DNA of 64,000 nucleotides from Yuukianura sp. NJ FZ-2021 (Eukaryota): NCBI GenBank assembly GCA_046563655.1, contig CM102289.1, positions 4,030,001 to 4,094,000 of the forward strand, read 5' to 3'. Shown piece by piece: positions 58,288 to 64,000 of this stretch (position 1 is its first letter; each line of letters starts with the position of its first letter). The notes under the pieces were generated by a model. It saw only the letters and a program-made list of their open reading frames with translations, ran no database searches and was not told where the DNA came from. The position numbers and the translations under genes were made by a program.

Positions 58288-60528
58288 ATGTTGCAAAAGT
58301 ATTTTAAGTTAACCCTCATTATCTGCCATCTCACCGTTTGTGTTTGTCTAGTGTTCTCCATAAATTCTCAAAAATTTGGAACTGCAGCATATGAATTTGA
58401 CTTGAATCCATGGTTTAGCCCGTTTGCCTCAGAGTGTAACATTTACGTGATAAATTTCAACGCAACAGATTTCGAACCACTAAAGTTTCCCTTAATTACA
58501 CAAGATTTAGTGTACGGAAAAGGATTCAGTGTGCGTTTTAATGATACTCGACGTGGTTTCTACAGCACTCTACTTCCACAACAAAAAATGCTACAACCAG
58601 ATATTCATTTTAAGTTCAAATGTTTCAATTATGTTTTTCTTTTTTCATCCTTTGGGACAAAGAAACTAGCAAATAAGTTCCACTTTCCCATACCAGAAAA
58701 CCTACTTTTTTGGTACAGATTTTGGCGTAGACAATATGATCTCAGATATGAGTTTCCACAAAAGGAATTTCTGTTGGACAGATCTGCAATCCTGTCTCTC
58801 GTCGCCCCAGACAGTCCCGAAATGGTTGAAATCTGGTACCACCGTACTACACATGTACGTTTAGACTATGAGTATATAGGTGTTGCTCAATTGGTAATCT
58901 ATAGTTTAGCAGAGGTCAACAGGTCAAATACTTTACACATTTTTAAAACGTCGACAGTTTGTCTCTATTGCAAGGACTGCGCAATGTCTGTTGTTCCGTG
59001 TAATCATTCTCAAAGTTTATTGGAGATTAAAAAGCAGTGGAAGGCGGTAAATGAGAATCAAAAGGGAATGTGGTATTTTGAGCGCCGACAAGGCGATACC
59101 TCTGAGGTACCAAAGAATGTGAACCTGTCACCTCACAAATACAGAGTTGGCACATGGGAATTCATTCTACTCAAAACAGTTATGACCAACAAAAGTGTCG
59201 TTTGGACAAGAGGACCGTATTGTGCTACGAGTCACTTTGCGTATCGTCCTTCAATCAAGTTTGGTTCAACATACTACTCTGTTTTAAAGACAAATCATCT
59301 GAAATTTCAATTTTTGACATGCGATGGCATTTTGGAGAAAAATTCAGATTTGGAAAGTTTGGTTTCTGCATTTGACATTAAAAGTTGGGCAATTTTGCTT
59401 GTGGCGCTATTTGCTTTGGGCATAATGGCTAATGTTGTGTTAAATGTAAAAGGTAAAAAGTGTGATGGATTTGTTACAGTGTACTCTGCACTACTAGAAC
59501 ACAGTTGGGATTCTGCAACTAATCCTCATGGGTTAAGTGCCATGTACTGGGTAACTAGCAGTATGTTGCTAACTTTAATTGTGGTTACCAATGGTTACAA
59601 AAGTTTCTTTACCGCTGACATAATTTCACCGCGCAAAGTGAACCTGGTCAGTCACTATGATCATTTGATTGACAAAAACTTGACTATTTATGTACGACCT
59701 ACGTCTGGCATCAATGAGTACAAGTCGGAAGAATGGGGAAAAAGAAAGAAATCTGGAAGAGAACAATACAAGAGATTCGACAAAGATGTACGGCAAAAAG
59801 CAGAAGAAAAAATAGAATTGAAAACGGCGGGCAATACGCGTTCTAATTATCCATTCAGTATTCCTGACTTTGCTTTTAAGTTTATATCTCCTCTTGCAAT
59901 AAATATTGGATACAAAAAATCATGGAGACATTTTGTTAAAGATGGCAGTAGCACAATTGTTCCAACAATTCTCAAAAAAGTTGTAGACAAATTGTTTATT
60001 CCGTGGGTTGAATTTGTTCTCAAAAACATTAGTGATGGAGACGCATTAACGCCATTGGTCAAAGACTGTAAAGCAGCCTACGCCGATTGGTCAGATAAAA
60101 TCGACTTGGAATTTCTACTTTGGAAAGCTACTGAAGATACTGGCAGCAAAACACTGGCAAAAGGAACAGACAGTTTGGGTAACCTAACGTATGGATGGGA
60201 ATTTACATACATTACGGATCCAAACATACGTCCTGGCTTGATTTCAATGCAAGAGGCGGGAATTGTAACATTTTGGAAAAAATTGGATGAGCATTTCGAA
60301 TTTTTGAATCAGCTGAAGTCGACTCCTGCAGCTCCAAATTCGGTTGTGAAAGTTCTTACTCTGCAGGACAAAATTAGTGTAGTATTTTTTCTGTTCCTGA
60401 GCTCAACGCTACTTTTAATGGTTTGTTTTTTGCTTGAGTATGTGATAAAAAATTGGCACCGAATACATGTTAAGGTGATTTTGGAAAAGGGTGTGGCCAC
60501 AGTAATATCTATTTGCGTTTACATATGA
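58288..60528 (+). CDS. Divergent ionotropic receptor, paralog 3
   Basis: Same architecture as paralogs 1 and 2; first in-frame ATG is at 58288. Confidence 0.8.
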   Translation: MLQKYFKLTLIICHLTVCVCLVFSINSQKFGTAAYEFDLNPWFSPFASECNIYVINFNATDFEPLKFPLITQDLVYGKGFSVRFNDTRRGFYSTLLPQQKMLQPDIHFKFKCFNYVFLFSSFGTKKLANKFHFPIPENLLFWYRFWRRQYDLRYEFPQKEFLLDRSAILSLVAPDSPEMVEIWYHRTTHVRLDYEYIGVAQLVIYSLAEVNRSNTLHIFKTSTVCLYCKDCAMSVVPCNHSQSLLEIKKQWKAVNENQKGMWYFERRQGDTSEVPKNVNLSPHKYRVGTWEFILLKTVMTNKSVVWTRGPYCATSHFAYRPSIKFGSTYYSVLKTNHLKFQFLTCDGILEKNSDLESLVSAFDIKSWAILLVALFALGIMANVVLNVKGKKCDGFVTVYSALLEHSWDSATNPHGLSAMYWVTSSMLLTLIVVTNGYKSFFTADIISPRKVNLVSHYDHLIDKNLTIYVRPTSGINEYKSEEWGKRKKSGREQYKRFDKDVRQKAEEKIELKTAGNTRSNYPFSIPDFAFKFISPLAINIGYKKSWRHFVKDGSSTIVPTILKKVVDKLFIPWVEFVLKNISDGDALTPLVKDCKAAYADWSDKIDLEFLLWKATEDTGSKTLAKGTDSLGNLTYGWEFTYITDPNIRPGLISMQEAGIVTFWKKLDEHFEFLNQLKSTPAAPNSVVKVLTLQDKISVVFFLFLSSTLLLMVCFLLEYVIKNWHRIHVKVILEKGVATVISICVYI

Positions 60529-61020
60529 ACCCACTAAAATTTGTGTAAGGATTTCCAAAGAAATTAATGAATTTTAAATGTATTAATTCTATGAATGAGA
60601 ATACATTTTAGTTTAAAGAAAATTAAATAGTATTGTAATTTTTGTAATTTTGTTTTCGTAAACTGGAAACCGTAAACTGCACAACTGCTTTGTAAGGTGA
60701 ACACTCATAATGAAATGTCAGTATCTAATGAGTGGTGACGTCAATTTCCAGTTAGTACCAGTTTTGTTCGCCCAAAAAATGGTAACCTCTGAAAAGTTTT
60801 AAAACTTGTTCTTTTCTTATTTTGCTTCCAGATTTTGTTTGTTAACATGTTTTTTTGCCATTGATATTTGGAATCCACTTGCACTTATACTTACTACTTG
60901 TAGCTAAATTAGCATCTTAAAAGCTCCCCAGCGTCAATACCAACACACATCACAGTCTGGACTTGATTTTGTAATTATACTTCGATGTATTGAATTTGCT
61001 TCGCAGTACTTAATTCCAAA

Positions 61021-63988
61021 ATGTGTTCTCTTATATATCCTCACAGATTTTTAATTATTAGTGCTTTTGTACACTTTAGTTCATGTAACCTTAAGCAATG
61101 GCCATTTCCACACGTACAACCGTATAATTTTCAAAATGATTCTCACGTACACGAACCTCCGCAAGAGCGGGAAAGCAGTAGTGGCAATTGGACACTAATT
61201 GAGGAATGTCAAACAGTTTCCTCCCAAAGTGGTATATGTCAACCGCCTGTTAACTGTGCCAGTTTTTACGTTTCTGGAATTAGTGCACTCAAACGTTGCA
61301 ATTACCAAGGAAACACTGATGGCATATGTTGTCCAGTTGTGACTCGCAACAAAGGTTATTCATAATTCAAAATGTGGTAACCAAAATTCAATAAAAAATG
61401 TAATTTTAGATATCCTGTCCAACCGCCTTTACAAGCAATCTTCAACAGCAAACTTGATCAATCGACATGGATTTGGAATTCAGAGTAGAATCGAATCATC
61501 TCTGCAAAGAATTGGTCAAAGCAAACTGGAAGAGCAGAAAATGGAAGAAAAACTCCTTAGGTCAAAAGCCAAAGTTCGCCCTGGAACATCTTCACACGGC
61601 CATCTTTTGTTCTTTTTGGTAAAATTTTTAAAAAATTGATGTTTTTTTAAATATGAAATTTATTAACTTTGAAGTTGCCATGAAGTAAGTTGTTCATTTT
61701 AGACTTCAAAGCGAGCCATTCAAATTTCTCGATTTGGTTACAATTTACTTCAAAGTTCACGTGATATTTCTTCACGGTATGCTTGCAATTTGTGATACTT
61801 TTCAATACTATAAAATTTGGCTTATGATGTTAAATTCAACACTTTTCATTTGAATTTAAGCGTGGGGATCTCCAAAGCAGAAAGCGGCGAAGCTCTACAG
61901 CAGTTTAATTTGAAAAATACGGCACTTAAAAGCGGATGTCCGCAAGTACCGGTTTGTCGTCCGCCGTTCATCAATTACCGAACTATTGACGGATCTTGTA
62001 ACAACTTGGTATATCCTGCTCTGGGAATGTCGTTTACGCCATTGTACCGAATACTCACTCCAGACTATGCCGACGGTACAGGGTACAATAACAAAATTTC
62101 AAAATGAAAAACATTCTGTTTGAACAAACTAATTCTCCAGGAATTTGGGCACCTCGCATTGCGCAAGACTTGTCACAGCTCCCGAGCGCTAGGCTCCTGA
62201 GCAGCAATTTTATTCCGGACCAGGATTCACCTGATTCCAGATTCTCCTTGTTTGTAATGCAGTTTGGACAAGTAACAAAATTATTTCAAACCTAAAAGTT
62301 AAAATTTTTTATGTTGAAATTTCAAATTTTTTTAAAAAATAGTTTGTAGATCATGACCTCTCCCATGTTCCAATCTACCGATTTGAAAATGGAACGGGAA
62401 TCGAGTGTTGTTCGGAATCAGGAGACTTTCTTCCTGACTCTCTCACGCATCCATTTTGTTTTCCGATTGAAATTCCGCGTGACGACCCATTTTACTCTAC
62501 ATATTCTCAGAGATGCATGAATTTTGTGAGGTCAGCAGTGGGACCTAGAATTGACTGCAGTTTGGGCTATGGAGATCAAATGAGTCAGACGACACATTGG
62601 CTCGACTCTTCCAATATTTACGGTTCGACACGCGACGAAGAAGTGGAACTTCGGCTCTTTAGAAACGGCATGCTCAGAAGCAGCCCACATATTGGTAGTG
62701 CGCATGCTCATAATGGCGGATTCAAAGGAATGCTACCCGTACAACAACGGGAAGTAGACGAGTGTACACTTCCAGACGAGGGAAAACATTGCTTTAATGC
62801 TGGTGACCTTCGTGTGAATGAAATGATTGGGCTAACTGCAACTCACGTGATTTGGTTTCGTGAGCACAATCGGGTAGCTTTGGAGCTCGGGAGACTCAAC
62901 CCGAGTTGGACCGATGACCAAATATTTTATGCTGCTAGGAGAATAGTGAATGCCGAATATCAACATATTTTGTACAACGAGTGGTTACCTATAATTATTG
63001 GACGGGAATACATGGAAGTTTATGGTATACTTCCCTTATCATATGGTTACTCATTTGACTACGACAACAGAATTGATCCGAGTGTGTCAAACGCATTTGC
63101 TGCCGCCGCATTTCGTATGGGTCATACCCTCATTCAAGGAATTTTAAAGTTCGAAATTCTTAGAATATACATTTGCCAAATTTTTATGTGTTTTGTATTT
63201 CTTTTAACATAGCTTGATCAATGAACTCGGAGTGGCTGATGAACGAATTCAAATTCATGATCACTTTAATCGACCGTTTCGAATTCGAGAACTTGGAATT
63301 TTGGATAAGCTAATCCGAGCACTTACGACGCAACCAATTCAATCTTTTGACAATTTCATCACAACTGAGGTAACAAAAACTTGACAACCTAAGTTATATT
63401 TTTAACTTTATTCGATTTTAGTTAACTTTCGCAGGTGACAAACAGACTCTTCCAGCCTGTAAATGGAACATTTGGAATGGACTTGATTTCACTGAATATC
63501 CAAAGGGCGCGAGATCATGGCGTTCCTGGTTACAATTTCTATCGTGAAATCTGCAAGTTGGGAAAAGCAAGGCAATTCTCCGACTTTCTAGACCGAATTC
63601 CATTTCAAGTACTGAACACAATTATCCGCCTTTTTCCAGTTTGTTATAGGAAATGCCTACCTCAGTAATTGTTTCTTTAGACCGTGGAGTTGATGAAAAG
63701 GTTTTACAAGTCAGTGGATGACGTGGACTTGTTCATTGGTGGGATATCCGAAATTCCTGTTCCAGGAGCGCTCCTCGGCCCTACATTCACTTGCATCATT
63801 GGAGATCAATTTGCAAGGTCAAAGAAAGGCGACAGATTCGCATATGACCTTGGAGGATTCTCACATTCCTTTACCACTCCACAACTAAACCAAATACGTT
63901 TAGCAAGTTTTGCACGAATTCTTTGTGACAATGGAGACAAAATCGACCGCATTCAACCCCTGGCATTTCTACTTCCAAATTCCAATTT
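61021..63988 (+). CDS. Animal heme peroxidase (chorion peroxidase/peroxinectin-like), multi-exon, 3' end beyond the window
   Basis: YRTIDGSCNN, LPSAR, FGQ|FVDHD (distal His), GDLRVNE, WFREHNR, FRMGH (proximal His) and IQRARDHG; signal peptide and N-terminal clip-like Cys module. Confidence 0.95.
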
Positions 63989-64000
63989 GTAAGATTATGC

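Overview
AT-rich eukaryotic (metazoan) genomic DNA with short spliceosomal introns. The gene content (divergent GR- and IR-type chemoreceptors, a microbial-type terpene synthase, frequenin) suggests a hexapod, plausibly a springtail; that is inference, not proof. Genes in order: nucleoside hydrolase (+); gustatory-receptor-like gene interrupted by a pogo/Tigger-like element (-); class I terpene synthase (-); small Cys-rich putative GPI protein (-); frequenin/NCS-1 (-); clan-3-like P450 with an atypical I-helix (+); two tandem genes encoding HEPN(RxxxxH)-TPR-Sel1-OB-like-MYND proteins (-); trypsin (+); a knottin-like secreted peptide missing from the ORF track (-); a second GR-like gene (-); a giant (EEPTP)n-coiled coil-SUEL lectin (-); three intronless divergent ionotropic receptors plus remnants (+); and a heme peroxidase cut by the window end (+). 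Several MITE and HINE-like repeats lie between them. The strongest candidate for an undescribed system is the tandem pair of putative HEPN ribonuclease/TPR-Sel1 sensor proteins. All exon models were assembled by eye and all family assignments come from motif recognition; no searches were run.
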